Shown here one piece after another: positions 1 through 11,400 of a DNA stretch of 64,000 nucleotides (the stretch's first letter is position 1; each line of letters starts with the position of its first letter). Location of the stretch: NCBI GenBank assembly GCA_977020255.1, contig CDROCS010006384.1, positions 1 to 64,000 on the forward strand, in the 5' to 3' direction. Below the pieces are notes generated by a model. The model searched no databases. It saw only the letters and a program-made list of their open reading frames with translations, and was not told the origin of the DNA. Position numbers and translations under genes: made by a program. Source of the stretch: Obrimoposthia wandeli. Its lineage: Eukaryota.

Positions 1-115
1 GCTTGTTGAAGGTATGGAGTCGCGCTACTATCTTCAAAAAGAGCAAATACTGGTACTGACTGTGACAACCAAAACTTCAGGCATGATAAAAACAATCATT
101 AATTGGTCATTATGA
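1..115 (+). CDS. 3' end of an upstream glycan-locus gene (partial, product uncertain)
   Basis: Frame from position 2 is open (LVEGMESRYYLQKEQ...INWSL) to TGA 113-115, which overlaps the ATG at 112 of the next gene (ATGA coupling). Confidence 0.5.
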   Translation, partial: LVEGMESRYYLQKEQILVLTVTTKTSGMIKTIINWSL

Positions 116-1338
116 GAATAATTTATTTTCACCAACACTTTTCAACCCCTCTAGGGGCCACAGGTATTCGCTCATACGAAATGGCTAAAGCGCTCATTGC
201 TAAAGGCTATGATGTCACGATGGTTTGCGGGTCATATTCAGGCGGAAATACAGGACTAACCAATCACTTTATTGATGGCCAGCGCCAAGGTCAAGTCGAC
301 AATATTGACGTTATTGAATTTGAACTGGACTACGCTAATAGCCAAACCTTTAACCAACGCGTGGGCGCATTTTTAAAGTTTGCCTATCGCAGCATTAAAA
401 TTGCGCTAACAGCTGAATATGATGTGATATTTTGTACTACAACGCCTTTAACTGCCGCCTTGCCAGGAATATTTTCTCGCTGGTTAAGAGGCAAGTATTT
501 TATCTTTGAAGTACGAGATTTATGGCCTGAATTACCTAAAGCCATGGGCGCTATTACCAACCCTATTTTATTAACAATGTTGTCTTTTCTGGAGTGGCTC
601 GCATACAAAAGTGCTCATCAATATATCGGTTTATCTCCAGGTATTGCACAAGGAATAAAAAGGCACCTTAACGTTAAAAAAAGTGTCGCTGTTATTCCTA
701 ATGGCTGCGATATAGAGTTATTTACCACTGATGACAATGCTTGGCAGCCTGATGGCATTAAAGATAATGATTTTTTGGCCATATTTTCTGGTACTCATGG
801 TCAAGCCAATGGTTTAGATAATGTACTTGCTGCAGCTAAAGCGCTTAAAGCCCGTAATATAAGCAATATAAAAATACTCTTAATTGGTCAAGGCAAGTGT
901 AAACTCGAATTACAAACAATTGCAGAAAAACAAGAACTTGATAACGTAATCTTTCATGATCCTGTTAATAAGGCCCAACTTGCAAGATTAATGAAAAGGG
1001 CTAATGTAGGACTGCAAGTGCTCGCTAACATCCCTGCTTTTTATTTTGGTACTTCACCTAATAAGTTTTTTGATTATATTTCCGCAGGTTTACCCGTACT
1101 CAATAACTACCCTGGTTGGCTTGCTGAACTTATTAGTAATCATTATTGTGGTGCAGTTGTTTCACCTGATGACGCAGATGCATTCGCTGACGCCTTAATT
1201 GAAATGTCAAAAAATAAAAGTCAACTTGAAACAATGGGCAATAATGCAAAAGTCTTAGCCACAAGTACATTTGATCGAAAAATACTCGCTGAACAATTCG
1301 TTCACTGCTTTGACAATATCCCAAAAAAGGCAGGGTAA
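112..1338 (+). CDS. Glycosyltransferase family 4 (WbuB-like)
   Basis: MRIIYFHQHF start, FEVRDLWPE motif, SPNKFFDYISAGLPV C-terminal GT4 motif. ATG 112 preferred over 103 because of the ATGA overlap. Confidence 0.9.
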   Translation: MRIIYFHQHFSTPLGATGIRSYEMAKALIAKGYDVTMVCGSYSGGNTGLTNHFIDGQRQGQVDNIDVIEFELDYANSQTFNQRVGAFLKFAYRSIKIALTAEYDVIFCTTTPLTAALPGIFSRWLRGKYFIFEVRDLWPELPKAMGAITNPILLTMLSFLEWLAYKSAHQYIGLSPGIAQGIKRHLNVKKSVAVIPNGCDIELFTTDDNAWQPDGIKDNDFLAIFSGTHGQANGLDNVLAAAKALKARNISNIKILLIGQGKCKLELQTIAEKQELDNVIFHDPVNKAQLARLMKRANVGLQVLANIPAFYFGTSPNKFFDYISAGLPVLNNYPGWLAELISNHYCGAVVSPDDADAFADALIEMSKNKSQLETMGNNAKVLATSTFDRKILAEQFVHCFDNIPKKAG

Positions 1339-1341
1339 CTT

Positions 1342-1935
1342 ATGATAAAAAGATGTTTTGACATTATAGTAGCTGGCTCTGCCTTATTATTGCTACTTCC
1401 TCTATTCATTATCACTATGGTACTTGTTGCCTTATATTTAGGGCGCCCTGTCATTTTTGAACAAGCTCGCCCAGGGCTAAATGGCATTATATTTACCATG
1501 AAAAAATTTCGCTCAATGAGCGATGAAAAAAATGAAAATGGGGAGCTATTATCAGACAAAATACGTTTAACAGCTTTTGGTCGATTTTTAAGAAAAACTA
1601 GCTTGGATGAGCTCCCGGGGTTTTGGAATGTACTTATTGGTCAAATGAGTCTGGTAGGGCCTCGACCATTATTGGTGGAATATTTGCCGCTTTATTCGGA
1701 CGCACAAGCAAGAAGGCATTTAGTTAAACCCGGTATCACCGGCTGGGCTCAAGTTAATGGCCGTAATGCTATTAGTTGGCAAGAAAAGTTTGAACTCGAT
1801 GTTTGGTATGTCGACAATCAATCATTTTGGTTAGATCTTAAAATTATCCTACTTACAATTAAAAAAGTATTTTCTCAGGCTGATATTAATGCACAGGGTG
1901 AGGCAACAATGACAAAGTTTACAGGTAGCCAATGA
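1342..1935 (+). CDS. Bacterial sugar transferase / phosphoglycosyltransferase (PglC-like)
   Basis: KRCFDI start, single TM, KFRSM, SLDELP, GQMSLVGPRP, KPGITGWAQVNGRN motifs. Confidence 0.93.
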   Translation: MIKRCFDIIVAGSALLLLLPLFIITMVLVALYLGRPVIFEQARPGLNGIIFTMKKFRSMSDEKNENGELLSDKIRLTAFGRFLRKTSLDELPGFWNVLIGQMSLVGPRPLLVEYLPLYSDAQARRHLVKPGITGWAQVNGRNAISWQEKFELDVWYVDNQSFWLDLKIILLTIKKVFSQADINAQGEATMTKFTGSQ

Positions 1936-2570
1936 CACAACATAAAACCTTAATTATTATCGGTGCTGGTGGTCATGGCTGTGTTGTTGCTGACTGTGCA
2001 GAAAGTATAGGTTGCTATACAAATATTATGTTTCTTGATGATTGCTTTACTGAACGTAAAAATAATCATGCTTGGCAGATTGTTGGTCCGATAGAAGATT
2101 GGTTGAAATACCACGACAGTGCTGATTTTATAGTCGCCGTTGGTAATAACACACTACGCGCGAGCCTATTGCAGCAATTAATAGCTGCTCAGGCGAACAT
2201 AGTAACGTTAATTCATCCCAGCGCTGTTGTTAGCAAACAAGCAACCATAGCTGATGGTGGTGTTGTTTTTGCTAACGCTGTCATTAATATCGGTACACGT
2301 ATCGGCGAAGGCTGCATTATTAATACCGGGGCAACGATAGATCATGATTGCCATATTCATGCTTATTGTCATATTTCGCCAGGCGTTAATGTCGCAGGCG
2401 GCGTTGAAATAGGCCCATATTCTTGGCTAGGCATAGGTAGCACAGTAATAGAATACATCGCCCTTGCACAAAACACACAAACAGGTGCCGGCGCCGTTAT
2501 TACCAAATCTACAAAAAGTAATACGCTGTATGTCGGTATTCCCGCTCGTCCCGTTCGCTCACTTATCTAA
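1932..2570 (+). CDS. Sugar O/N-acetyltransferase, PglD/NeuD family
   Basis: IIGAGGHG N-terminal motif, LIHPSAVV, hexapeptide repeats (INTGATIDHDC), GIPARP end. Confidence 0.9.
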   Translation: MTQHKTLIIIGAGGHGCVVADCAESIGCYTNIMFLDDCFTERKNNHAWQIVGPIEDWLKYHDSADFIVAVGNNTLRASLLQQLIAAQANIVTLIHPSAVVSKQATIADGGVVFANAVINIGTRIGEGCIINTGATIDHDCHIHAYCHISPGVNVAGGVEIGPYSWLGIGSTVIEYIALAQNTQTGAGAVITKSTKSNTLYVGIPARPVRSLI

Positions 2571-2587
2571 TATTTATAGGATCACTC

Positions 2588-3769
2588 GTGCTTAATACAA
2601 CTCTTTCCCCATGGCCTAACTTTAGCGAAGAAGAAATTACAGCCGTTAGCCGGGTTTTACAGTCAAATAAGGTCAATTATTGGACAGGCCAAGAAGGCAG
2701 AGAGTTTGAGAAGGAGTTTGCCACATATACTGATAGTAAATATGCCATTGCCGTTGCCAACGGCACACTCGCATTAGACTTAGCGCTACAAGCACTAGAT
2801 ATTAACGTAGGCGATGAAGTCATTGTTACTTCTAGAACATTTATTGCGTCCATTAGTTCCATTATTAATGCTGGGGCAATACCAGTTTTTGCCGATGTTG
2901 AACTTGATAGCCAAAATATCAGCGCCGCAACAATCAAAGCCGTTTTAAGCGATAGAACCAAAGCGATTATTTGTGTTCATTTAGCCGGTTGGCCGTGTGA
3001 AATGGACGATATTATGGCGCTAGCGGAAGCGAAAAATCTTTATGTTATTGAAGATTGCGCCCAAGCGCACGGCACAAAATATAAAGGTCGCTCTGTTGGC
3101 AGTATTGGCCACATTGGCGCTTGGTCGTTTTGCCAAGACAAGATAATGACCACCGGTGGTGAAGGCGGTATGCTAACCACCAACAACGAAACATTATGGC
3201 GTAAAGCGTGGGCTTTTAAAGATCACGGAAAGTCGTACGCTGCAGTTTATGAAACTGACCACCCTCCGGGTTATCGTTGGTTACATGAAAGCTTTGGTAC
3301 TAATTGGCGCCTTACTGAAATGCAATCAGCTATTGGCCGTATTCAACTGAAACGTATGCCAAACTGGACAGCGTTGCGCAATGAAAATGCGGAGAAAATA
3401 TTTCAAGTTTGTCGACAATATTCTTGGCTAACTGTCCCGACAGTACCTGACTATATCGTTCATGCCTATTATAAATGCTATGTCTTTATTGATGTTAGCA
3501 AAATACCTAACGCCAGCTCGCGCGATAACATTATTGATACCATCAATAAACTTAATGTTCCATGCTATTCAGGTAGTTGCTCTGAGGTTTACAAAGAAAA
3601 AGCCTTCGAACAAACAAGCTTCAGACCAGAAGTTGATTTGAAACACGCTAAGCAATTGGGTGAAACGAGTTTAATGTTCTTAGTACATCCAACATTGACT
3701 ACCAATGAAATGGCTACTGTCTGCCAATCACTTAGCCAAGCTCTTGATATTATTGATAACAAAAAATAG
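2588..3769 (+). CDS. DegT/DnrJ/EryC1/StrS PLP aminotransferase (PglE-like)
   Basis: ANGTLAL, IEDCAQAHG, WSFCQDKIMTTGGEGG (PLP lysine). Confidence 0.93.
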   Translation: MLNTTLSPWPNFSEEEITAVSRVLQSNKVNYWTGQEGREFEKEFATYTDSKYAIAVANGTLALDLALQALDINVGDEVIVTSRTFIASISSIINAGAIPVFADVELDSQNISAATIKAVLSDRTKAIICVHLAGWPCEMDDIMALAEAKNLYVIEDCAQAHGTKYKGRSVGSIGHIGAWSFCQDKIMTTGGEGGMLTTNNETLWRKAWAFKDHGKSYAAVYETDHPPGYRWLHESFGTNWRLTEMQSAIGRIQLKRMPNWTALRNENAEKIFQVCRQYSWLTVPTVPDYIVHAYYKCYVFIDVSKIPNASSRDNIIDTINKLNVPCYSGSCSEVYKEKAFEQTSFRPEVDLKHAKQLGETSLMFLVHPTLTTNEMATVCQSLSQALDIIDNKK

Positions 3770-3905
3770 AGCTTAGTATTGTTAACGAAAATTAGTATTA
3801 ATTTTCAATTAAACAATGACAATGTAACAATATGTTGCAAGAATACGGTTCAAAGATCGTTAATGCAGTTTTGCATTAAAACGGCGTGTAGTAAGGTATG
3901 TTTTC

Positions 3906-5810
3906 ATGGTTAGACGAATTGATTTAATTCCAAGTTCAGTTAAGCTGATCTTGGCACTGGCTTACGATCTATTATCGCTTAGTCTTGCATTCTACTTTTC
4001 TTATATTATTCGATTAGGGTTTGATAGTGTTGAGATTTCTCGGCATGAAAACATCGCGTTTATTTCAGTTGTCAGCACAACCTTAGCTTTGTTTTATGCC
4101 TTTGATGTTTATCATTCTGTCGTACGGTTTTTCAACGCTAAAGCTTTTTTAAAAATTCAATTACTATTAATTGCTGCCAGTATTATTTTCTATTTAACCA
4201 GTTTTTTTGCTGATGCGTTTGTGCCACGTACAGTCCCTATCATATTTCTAGTGATTGCTAGCTTTCAAATTGCTGGTGCTAGAGCTCTCGTTAGCCTAAT
4301 AGTAAAAAAGAGTTGGTTTGATGAACGGGAAGGTGTCGTTATTTATGGAGCGAGCAGCACCGGAAGACAGCTAGTTCATGCATTATCTCAAGGTAATAAA
4401 TATCAGCCTTTAGCTTTTTTAGATGAAAAAAAACGCTATGTCGGTCGACGAGTATTAGGCTTAAAGATTTACTCCCCCCAACATGTTACTCAGCTAGTAA
4501 AAAAGTATGGTCAGTTTAAAGTATTGATCGCTACACCAAAAGTTGACCCTATTCGCTTAAAACAGATTGTTGCACATATTGAACCCCATGCACTTGAGCT
4601 ATTAATTGTACCTGGCATGTCAGACATTGTTTCTGGTAAGCGCACCATTGATGAGTTACGAGAAGTGTCAGTCGATGAATTATTGGGTCGAAAGCCAGTT
4701 CAGCCAATTGCAGAGTTACTCAGCGCAAATATTACCAACAAAATTGTGATGGTATCAGGGGCTGGCGGCTCAATCGGTAAAGAGCTCTGTCGTCAAATTG
4801 TTTTAAATAAACCTAAAGAGCTAATTTTACTTGATGTAAGTGAAGCGCTCCTTTACGAGATTCACCAAGAGCTAAGTGAAATACTAAACGAAAGCAGTAA
4901 TAATCTTCATGTAGAGCCCTTAATCGGTAATGTACAAAATGGCATGCTAATGCATCATATTTTTAGCAAACATAACGTACAAACTATTTATCATGCAGCC
5001 GCCTACAAACATGTTCCTATGGTAGAAAACAACGTTATTGCCGGTGTTACTAATAATGTTTTAGGTACCTATGAAATCGCTCAAGCGGCCATTCACTGCC
5101 AGGTAGAAACCTTTGTTCTTATCTCAACCGATAAAGCGGTACGACCCACCAATGTTATGGGTGCAACTAAACGTTTAGCTGAGTTAGTTTTACAAGGTTT
5201 TGCAAAAAAGGATCACAACACTCGTTTTGTTATGGTTCGTTTTGGCAATGTCTTGGGTTCATCAGGCTCAGTTGTGCCGCTATTTAAAAAACAAATTAAG
5301 CGTGGCGGTCCTATTACTATTACTCATCCAGATATTATTCGCTATTTCATGACTATTCCAGAAGCTGCACAGCTAGTCATTCAAGCTGGCGCCATGGGTA
5401 CAGGCGGCGATGTTTTTGTATTAGATATGGGCAATCCCGTTAAGATCGTCGATTTAGCTTATAAAATGACGCATTTAATGGGCTTGACGATTAAAGATGA
5501 AAATACCCCTGATGGCGATATTGAAATACATTACAGCGGCTTACGTCCTGGTGAAAAGCTTTACGAAGAGTTATTGATTGGTAATAATGCTGAAAAAACT
5601 CAACATCAACGCATTCTAACGGCTAACGAACATTCATTACATTACAGTGCTGTTGACGTAATAATAGAACAACTAAAAGAAGCCATGCGTGAAGAAGATG
5701 AAACAAAAATTCGCGAATTGTTGATTGCAGCTCCGCTCGACTATCAGCCAGCAGAAAATAGTGTCCGTAAAATAAAAGTGAACGATAATATTTGCAGTAA
5801 GGTCGCTTAA
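3906..5810 (+). CDS. Nucleoside-diphosphate sugar 4,6-dehydratase (PglF/CapD/WbpM family)
   Basis: N-terminal TM segments, SGAGGSIGKEL, YHAAAYKHVP, STDKAVRPTNVMGATKR, RFGNVLGSSGSV, LRPGEKLYEEL. Confidence 0.95.
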   Translation: MVRRIDLIPSSVKLILALAYDLLSLSLAFYFSYIIRLGFDSVEISRHENIAFISVVSTTLALFYAFDVYHSVVRFFNAKAFLKIQLLLIAASIIFYLTSFFADAFVPRTVPIIFLVIASFQIAGARALVSLIVKKSWFDEREGVVIYGASSTGRQLVHALSQGNKYQPLAFLDEKKRYVGRRVLGLKIYSPQHVTQLVKKYGQFKVLIATPKVDPIRLKQIVAHIEPHALELLIVPGMSDIVSGKRTIDELREVSVDELLGRKPVQPIAELLSANITNKIVMVSGAGGSIGKELCRQIVLNKPKELILLDVSEALLYEIHQELSEILNESSNNLHVEPLIGNVQNGMLMHHIFSKHNVQTIYHAAAYKHVPMVENNVIAGVTNNVLGTYEIAQAAIHCQVETFVLISTDKAVRPTNVMGATKRLAELVLQGFAKKDHNTRFVMVRFGNVLGSSGSVVPLFKKQIKRGGPITITHPDIIRYFMTIPEAAQLVIQAGAMGTGGDVFVLDMGNPVKIVDLAYKMTHLMGLTIKDENTPDGDIEIHYSGLRPGEKLYEELLIGNNAEKTQHQRILTANEHSLHYSAVDVIIEQLKEAMREEDETKIRELLIAAPLDYQPAENSVRKIKVNDNICSKVA

Positions 5811-6021
5811 TACTTGCATTAAATCTGTTACAGACGCTTTGACTTATACCCAATTCATTGTTTGCTAAAGCTAACGCTCTTATTCGCTCACTGATTTAAC
5901 TGGCTTATACAAATTTCATTAATTCAGTGTTCTACTTTTTTATGAGAAAAAATGGATCATGACAAGGCATAAAATTTAGTCAGCAGTAATTCTACTTATA
6001 GATTTTATAATGCCGTCATTA

Positions 6022-7143
6022 TTACTTTATTAGCATTAGCCACGCACTAGCATAATCAGGTAACGCCTTATTTGCTTGGTGGTAATCTTGCCAACCATAA
6101 TAGCTATCGACTAATAAATCTAACTGAAATAAATTCTCGTCAAATGCCCCGCCTTGATCCGCAAGTACGCCCAAGCGAGATGTTTTTTCGCCTTTTTGCT
6201 CATAACTGACCATAAAAAGCTTACCTAAACCAAGTTCGGCAACATTACCGGCAAAAGACACTTGTGGTGTCAGGGCTATTTTACTGTCGAGTGTTTCACC
6301 ATAGCCCATAATGCTAGGCACTTCAGAAAAATACCAATAACGTGCTTGCTCACGCTTACCTATAGCATAGTCATAGGCAATACCGTTATTACGGTGGACA
6401 TTAAAATAACGACGTTCGCCATTAACATCAACAACACCAGTACCTTGTAACAGCACATCGTGTAATGCTTCTTCTGTCAGCCAGATAAGTGCTTTAGCTA
6501 GTTTTTTTTCCTCTAACACGCCAGCAATAATTTCTTGACGGGTATACTGATGGCGAGTCAATGCGATATTTTTATCCGCTTGTGCTAGCGTCAGCCCTAA
6601 TTCGTCATAAGGCAGTGCATAAAGTGCTTGATTGTAGACTGTTGTTTTCACATCACTCGCAATCAGTAATTTAGTGTAATACTTAGTTAAAAATATTTGA
6701 TCATTGGGAATAGCATTAAGCATGCTAGTTTTTCGCGCATTTGTGCTTTTTACCGCTATTTTACGCGCTGTTGCAATATCAGGTGTCCAACGATAAAAGG
6801 CAAAATTTTCCATAAGAAACGTCTTATCATGCAACCGACTTTGTCGTTTTGCTCGTACATCTTCTCGATAGGTTTTACAGATAAGCGCCAATGTTTTCTC
6901 CACCCGATCTAACGTAACACTGTCATCAAAGACCTTACCGGCATGCACGGCAAATTTGTCTGCCGAAAACTCAGTTAAATAACGCTCGGTTTGCTCAGCG
7001 ACATTACACAAAGCACTAGCTTTAAAATTAGCCATTTTTCCAAGTTCGGGTGCTTTATCAAGACTAAAAAACAACGGCGCGGTTTGCGCTGAACAATAAG
7101 GTGTTAGCGCAATAAAAATGAGAAAAGCTAAGCAAAAACGCAT
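6022..7143 (-). CDS. MltA-domain lytic transglycosylase-like protein (secreted)
   Basis: Signal peptide; TRQEI, HDVLLQGTGVV (MltA LQGSG-like), LADQGGAF...QLDL 3D-domain-like aspartates. Confidence 0.7.
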   Translation of the reverse strand: MRFCLAFLIFIALTPYCSAQTAPLFFSLDKAPELGKMANFKASALCNVAEQTERYLTEFSADKFAVHAGKVFDDSVTLDRVEKTLALICKTYREDVRAKRQSRLHDKTFLMENFAFYRWTPDIATARKIAVKSTNARKTSMLNAIPNDQIFLTKYYTKLLIASDVKTTVYNQALYALPYDELGLTLAQADKNIALTRHQYTRQEIIAGVLEEKKLAKALIWLTEEALHDVLLQGTGVVDVNGERRYFNVHRNNGIAYDYAIGKREQARYWYFSEVPSIMGYGETLDSKIALTPQVSFAGNVAELGLGKLFMVSYEQKGEKTSRLGVLADQGGAFDENLFQLDLLVDSYYGWQDYHQANKALPDYASAWLMLIK

Positions 7144-7321
7144 AAAATATAATCTGAAAATTGAGGATAACGCTATGGTATGACAATCACAAATACTACG
7201 CTAGTAAGCTGATTAAATAATTAACCATAAAACTTCATGCTTAATATAAAACGTATATTTGAAACGACAGTTCACTTCATCGTTATAGTATTTTATTTAG
7301 TGTTATGAGATAGTTACTTGT

Positions 7322-7480
7322 TATACCAAACAAGATTAAATGTGCGTTCAACATTTAATGAAGGTAGCTATTAAAGTTAAAACATGTGATAGCACAATTA
7401 CAGTCGATTAAAATTGAACACAACGCAGTAAGTGCAGATATAAACTTTGACGGTAAAGCAAAAATGAATTTATATGGTAT
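7322..7480. repeat. Degenerate MITE/ERIC-like intergenic element
   Basis: TATACCAA left end and ATGGTAT right end bracketing about 160 bp of non-coding DNA. Confidence 0.3.
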
Positions 7481-7647
7481 TGATTGTATGCAAGATAAAT
7501 AGGCTACAACCAGTAGTTGTAAGGCTGCTATAAGTTAACAGCCGCACTAAATCGGTTAATATGAAAGCATGCTCCCCCACGAGCAAGTGAATAGGTATAC
7601 GAGTTGATATCAATTCGTCATGGAAGATATAGCAATAGAGGGGCATA

Positions 7648-8256
7648 GTGATGCGCTTAAAAGGGAAGTTGACTCAATGGAATGCTGATAAGGCGTTTGG
7701 CTTCATTGCGCCAAATAGCGGTGGAAGTGATGTTTTTATTCATAAATCAGCCTTTGATAATAGAAAAAGAATACCAAAAATTAATGACATAATTACTTTC
7801 TCAATTACCAAAGATAGAAACAACAGATACTGCGCTTGTGATGCCACTTTCTCAGGCGAAAAATTAAAACAAAAAAAAACCAAGAAAATTAATAAATTCT
7901 CAATCTATTTAGCGGTAATATTTTTAGCCACCATTATCTCTTCGTTTTATCTTGGTTATTCGCCAGCGAAATTAATGGCGATATATTTTGGATTAAGTAC
8001 TTTTACGTTCGTCATCTATGCCACCGATAAGTCTAAAGCACAGCGTAAAGCTTGGCGCACGCCAGAAAGTACCTTGCACCTGCTCGCCTTAGCTGGTGGC
8101 TGGCCTGGTGCAGCATTGGCACAACAATACCTACGTCACAAGTCTTCAAAATTGGCATTTAGACGTATTTTTTGGACTACTGTGATGTTTAATTTGGGAC
8201 TTGTGATCTGGCTGCATTCACCTGCAGGTATCAAATACCTGTCACTGCTCACTTAA
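7648..8256 (+). CDS. Cold-shock domain + DUF1294 membrane protein
   Basis: KGKLTQWNADKAFGFI/DVFIHKS CSD motifs; DKSKAQRKAWRTPESTLHLLALAGGWPGA...RHKS DUF1294 motif. Confidence 0.9.
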   Translation: MMRLKGKLTQWNADKAFGFIAPNSGGSDVFIHKSAFDNRKRIPKINDIITFSITKDRNNRYCACDATFSGEKLKQKKTKKINKFSIYLAVIFLATIISSFYLGYSPAKLMAIYFGLSTFTFVIYATDKSKAQRKAWRTPESTLHLLALAGGWPGAALAQQYLRHKSSKLAFRRIFWTTVMFNLGLVIWLHSPAGIKYLSLLT

Positions 8257-8473
8257 ACACCAGTAGGTTTATGGTCATTGTGATAGTGGCTAATACCAAG
8301 TTGATTAATATCAGCTGAAATTAAACCGATCCAACCACTGATTTTAAAGCGTTAACTTTGATTTTAAATAATAAGCTATTTTATGCGCTTACTGGTGATA
8401 ATGCAGAAATACAAATTGAATAAGCGTTAGTCACTGGCAACATTAATGACTAACGCTCTATAAGCACAAAAAA

Positions 8474-11400
8474 CTAACTCATTGGCGCCAGTAGTGAGCT
8501 TAAAATGTCATCCGTTAAACTAAGCTTATTATCGCTAACTTCCTCAGATAGCAAAGCTTTTGCTAGGTCTGCTTTGTTTTGTTGAATTTTCAAAATTTTC
8601 TCTTCGATTGAATTTTCAATAATATACTTATAAACAAAAACAGGTTTGTCTTGGCCAATACGATAAGCTCGGTCAGTCGCTTGGTTCTCCACAGCAGGGT
8701 TCCACCAAGGATCAAAATGAATAACCGTGTCGGCTGCTGTTAAGTTCAAACCAACACCACCCGCGCGTAAGCTAATTAAAAATACGGGTACTTCACCCTC
8801 TTGAAACTTATCAACAACTTCTTGTCGCTTAGTAGTAGAGCCGGTTAATTTAACAAAATCAATGCCCTCTGCCACCAACTCTTCTTCTATTAAGGCAAGC
8901 ATACTGGTGAACTGTGAAAATATCAGGATTTTCCGCCCTTCAGCAATTTGTTCCGGTAACGTTTCCATCAAGTAATCAAGTTTAGCCGACTGATTGACTT
9001 TTTTAGCGCCTTCAAGCGATAACAACTTAGGATGATTACATACTTGTCTTAGTTTTAATAACGCGTCTAGCACTTCTATCTGACTACGTTTTAAACCTTT
9101 ATCTGCAATAATATCTTTTAAACGACTGTCCATCGCTAAACGCACTGACTCATACAGTTCCGCTTGTTTGCCTTCAATACGCAAGGTTTGAATAATTTCA
9201 GTTTTCGACGGTAATTCAGTGGCAATTTTGTCTTTGGTTCTGCGTAAAATAAACGGTTTAATTCGTTGATTTAATAATTGCTTACGCTCTTGCTCACCGT
9301 GTTTTTCTATCGGGGTTCTAAACAGTTTAGTAAATTGTCTTTGCCCACCTAAAAAGCCCGGTAATAAAAAGTTAAACTGCGCCCAAAACTCACCTAAATG
9401 ATTCTCCATCGGCGTACCTGTTAAGCACAATTTATGTTGCGCTTTTAATAACAAGAAAGCTTGGTATAACTTAGTTTTAGTATTTTTTATGTAATGCGCT
9501 TCATCAAGAATCAAATAATAAAATTGTTGTTCACGATAAAGGTCTAAATCTTTAGTGATTAATGCATAACTGGTGATAATAATATCAACGGGGTTTTCAT
9601 CACTTTCACCACGTTCAAAGCAATCAAAATACTGCTGGCGCTTACCACCATGTAGTACTTGATAAGAAAGCTCTGGGGTAAATTTTTCTATTTCATTCGC
9701 CCAGTTAAAAATAACACTGGTCGGTGCAACAATTAATACCGGCTTAGTCAGTCGGCCTTGTTGTTTTTCAATTAATAAATGCGCCAGGGTTTGAATAGTT
9801 TTACCTAAACCCATGTCATCAGCCAGAATACCGTTTAACTGATACTCTCGTAAAAACTGCAACCAGTTTAGCCCTTGATGTTGATAGGTTCTTAAGGTTG
9901 CGTTCAAACCTTCTGGAACCGGCACTGTCGTCACTTGCTGAAAATCTCTTAACTTATCAGCTAATGCTCTTAATTTATTAGTGCCCGTGGCGATTAAGCC
10001 TTGATCATCCAACATCGACAACGTTTGGTGTCCTTGAAAACGCGACAACTCTAACGTGCCATCGTTATTCAAAGCATTGGGCATAAACAGCTCAATAAAC
10101 TGTTTTAATATTGGCTGCACACTTTGATAGCGCAAAGCGACAAAGTCGCCGTTTTCTAAATCTACATAAATAGGGGAATCTGGCGCAATCAATTGCTCTT
10201 TTTCGCGATCAACCAATGCAGACTTTGGTAATTGCTCAATCGCACCAAGCAAAATAGGAAACGCCGGCATTTTTTTACCATCAATGGTTAAATTTAACCC
10301 TAATGAGAAAAAGTCATGATCGTCAGTTTCAATAACCTCAGCGTCAAACACGCTATCAGTAGCCAATGCTTTATAATAAAAGTCATCGGTAAAGCTAATA
10401 TGCCAAGCTAAATCTTTCAGCACTTGTAATTCTTGATGCAGAAAATGATGCCAACAATAACGTCCTTGCATCAACATAGTAAACTTAGGTGTTTTGTCTT
10501 TATTCAAATAGTCTTCATTGGTAAACGTATAACGTTTAGGCTTTGGCTGAGCGCTAAATTTTAACGTGGTAAGTTTATCAATAACGGTTTGTTCGAAGGC
10601 TAAATCTCGATACAGTTTTACTTTGTTATCAGTTAGATTTGCTGGTGATACAGTTAAACTTTCATTGTGCGGATTTACCAAAGTGCCACGATAAGAAAAG
10701 TTAACACGCACCGTACCCGTTTGAGGATTTTTTTCTGCGGGAGTCGAAAAATGCAAATAAACTTCAGGCTTTGTTAACTCTTGAGAGAACTCTGTTTTTG
10801 GCTTAGGTAAGCGTTGTACGGCTTCGCCTAACGACATTGACAGTTTGCTCATGATCCAAGGTAATTTGTCTTCTTCAAAGACAGGAGAGTTAAGCAAGTC
10901 GGCTTCAAAATTACACTGTGTATTAGTGTTAATTTGTCCAAAGCAGTTTTTTTCTTCATCGTAATAACAAAGCGGTTGCGCCTTAACAATGATAATACTG
11001 CTAGATGGCTGCATAAAAACAAGTTGCAAGGTATGTAATTGATTACCCAACGCTAACCATTGCCATTGTGCTTCTAATGGTTCACCTACGGTCATCGCTT
11101 CGTTTAGGTCATACTTGGTGTGCCAAAAGCAGCGATTAGTCTTAACAATCTGCTCAAATAAATCAAAATACTTAATATTATCGCCAAACTGATTAGTACG
11201 CATCAGCTCAGTAAGTACATCAACATCTTCGTTAGTGGCATAAGCACTGTTAATTAAGGTACTCGCAGAATGCTCGCCACTGAGTGCATGACTCCAACCA
11301 CCGCTATTTTTTGCCCGAGCCGATTTAATACCTAAGGTATAGTAATCATCTTCGTTGTAACTATTAGGCTTTAAAAAATACAACAAGGCTTTTTGTTGGC

